Shown: piece after piece, positions 63,082 through 64,000 of the stretch | Layout of the letters: each line of letters begins with the position of its first letter | Position numbering within the stretch: position 1 is the first letter of the stretch | Notes under the pieces: generated by a model | The model's database searches: none | The model's input: only the letters and a program-made list of their open reading frames with translations | Told to the model about the DNA's origin: nothing | Translations under genes and position numbers: made by a program | Assembly (NCBI GenBank): GCA_965227345.1 | Contig: OZ245755.1 | Location: forward strand, 1,141,351 to 1,205,350 | Direction of reading: 5' to 3' | Origin: Sphingomonadales bacterium | GTDB taxonomy: Bacteria > Pseudomonadota > Alphaproteobacteria > Sphingomonadales > G965227345 | DNA length: 64,000 nucleotides

Positions 63082-63954
63082 TCAGGTGAACAGCGGGTAT
63101 CCGTTTTCCCCCACCTCGTATATCTGGACAGTACCTGTTTCCACTTCCGTAACGTAAATGGATTGCTGCCCGTCGGGACCAAACACCAGGTTGGTAGGCA
63201 TCATCCCGTCCGTTTTAATCCTGCGCAAAACAGCGCCGTGCCTGTCCAGAACCGTCACATCCCCCTGCCCGAAAACGCAGGCATAAAGGCTCCCGTCAGC
63301 CGCAAACTTCATGCCGTCCGGGCCTTTTAGAATTTGGGGGTCAAAATTTTCAATTACATTGCCCCACAGGGTACGTTCCGCATTTTCCTGCGTGAAATCC
63401 GTATATCGGTAAATATTTCCGGTAAGGGTCTCTGCGATATAAAGCGCGCCATCCGGCCCAAAAGCGATACCGTTTGTAAACAGCAGCCCCCGGTCAATAC
63501 ACTGAACCTGATTGCCTGAAGGATCAATCCTGTAGACACGCCCGTCGAAATCAAGATCCCGATAATGTGGTACAAGCTCGCCATCGGGAGCAATATCCTT
63601 CATAAGAACGCCCGAATCCGTCATATAGATATAACCGTCGGGACCAATTGCAAGATCGTTCAGGAACAAAAATGGCAATCCGTTCCAGTTATCCGCAATC
63701 ACTTCACAATGCCCGGACATGTCCATTTTAACGAGCGCCTGTTGGGCCGTTTCCGCAATCCAGATATTTCCCGTTTTGTCCATCGCAAGGCCGTTGGGTC
63801 TCCCGGTTTTACCGATGGTTCGACGCGAACTTCCATCTGCGGAAATGTGTGTTACACAGCCCCGGGACGGGTCCATTTCCACAAAAAGGAAACTTCCGTC
63901 ATCCAGCAGAACCGGGGCCTCGGGAAAGCCCATGTCCGAAGCGAAAATTTTCAT
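63082..63954 (-). CDS. SMP-30/gluconolactonase/LRE-family lactonase
   Basis: 290 aa six-bladed-propeller repeats (PEAPVLLDDGSFLFV, RPNGLAMD, LNDLAIGPDGYIYMTD, TNGIAFGPDG, GPDGMKFAADG). Confidence 0.85.
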   Translation of the reverse strand: MKIFASDMGFPEAPVLLDDGSFLFVEMDPSRGCVTHISADGSSRRTIGKTGRPNGLAMDKTGNIWIAETAQQALVKMDMSGHCEVIADNWNGLPFLFLNDLAIGPDGYIYMTDSGVLMKDIAPDGELVPHYRDLDFDGRVYRIDPSGNQVQCIDRGLLFTNGIAFGPDGALYIAETLTGNIYRYTDFTQENAERTLWGNVIENFDPQILKGPDGMKFAADGSLYACVFGQGDVTVLDRHGAVLRRIKTDGMMPTNLVFGPDGQQSIYVTEVETGTVQIYEVGENGYPLFT

Positions 63955-64000
63955 GGTCCATCTCTCAAAATCTATTGCACCCTGTATTTTTCAAAAGCTT

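Noticed and set aside
63064-63086. A CCTGATC...GATCAGG hairpin between the convergent enolase-2 and lactonase genes, considered as a bidirectional terminator.
   Set aside because: The stem is 7 bp, there are no flanking T/A runs, and it overlaps the lactonase stop codon. That is too weak to call.
1-64000. Search for CRISPR arrays, rRNA, retron- or DGR-like repeats, toxin-antitoxin pairs and known phage-defence gene signatures.
   Set aside because: There are no regularly spaced repeats and no Cas, reverse-transcriptase, or nuclease-NTPase or ATPase pairs. The single HNH protein (16842-17420) belongs to a widespread stand-alone ~190-aa family with housekeeping neighbours.

Overview
This 64-kb window looks like an alphaproteobacterial chromosome. 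That is an inference from gene content and cannot be verified here.

The left ~38 kb is densely packed core metabolism:
- A 7-gene minus-strand operon runs from a giant IOR-family 2-oxoacid:ferredoxin oxidoreductase through leucine dehydrogenase, thiolase, acyl-CoA dehydrogenase, a DAO-type flavoprotein and enoyl-CoA hydratase to YjbQ. An Lrp regulator is divergent from it.
- A module of LuxR-type regulator, MBL-fold protein, FAD aromatic hydroxylase and DUF2783.
- GluQRS, an HNH protein and YceI.
- A ZnuA-type binding protein with a Zur-box-like palindrome.
- A MerR-controlled acyl-CoA dehydrogenase-fadA-fadB operon.
- TauE, a TIGR02186-like protein and CcdA.
- A biotin locus: bioF-bioD divergent from bioB-bioA-pepP.

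The most unusual feature of the core part is that the biotin operon is bracketed by two paralogous asparagine-synthetase-like proteins. Both lack the N-terminal catalytic Cys. No known pimelate-arm gene (bioC/H/Z/W/I) is present in the window. An identical 38-nt promoter/operator-like element is duplicated in front of the first paralog and in front of bioB.

tRNA-Arg(CCT) at 38316-38392 marks a drop in G+C. Spot counts of single 60-nt lines gave 52-60% upstream and 45-50% downstream. It also marks the start of a ~20-kb accessory region with two ancient paralogous cassettes in opposed orientation. Each cassette holds an AraC regulator, a TonB-dependent receptor, a GMC flavoprotein alcohol oxidoreductase, an aldehyde dehydrogenase and a DUF2817/M14-like zinc hydrolase. 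One also has a class-V PLP enzyme and the other a GPH-type MFS permease. The gene set resembles the peg (polyethylene glycol) operon of sphingomonads, but with a deacylase or carboxypeptidase-like enzyme added. The distal edge carries AT-rich relic DNA with an 18-bp inverted repeat and an IS3-family transposase remnant.

The last ~5 kb holds a UMF1-type MFS gene, an AT-rich control region with two related palindromes, two tandem enolase-superfamily paralogs and a convergent SMP-30 lactonase.

I found no rRNA, CRISPR array, intact mobile element or recognisable phage-defence system. All family calls come from by-eye motif recognition. No database search was run.
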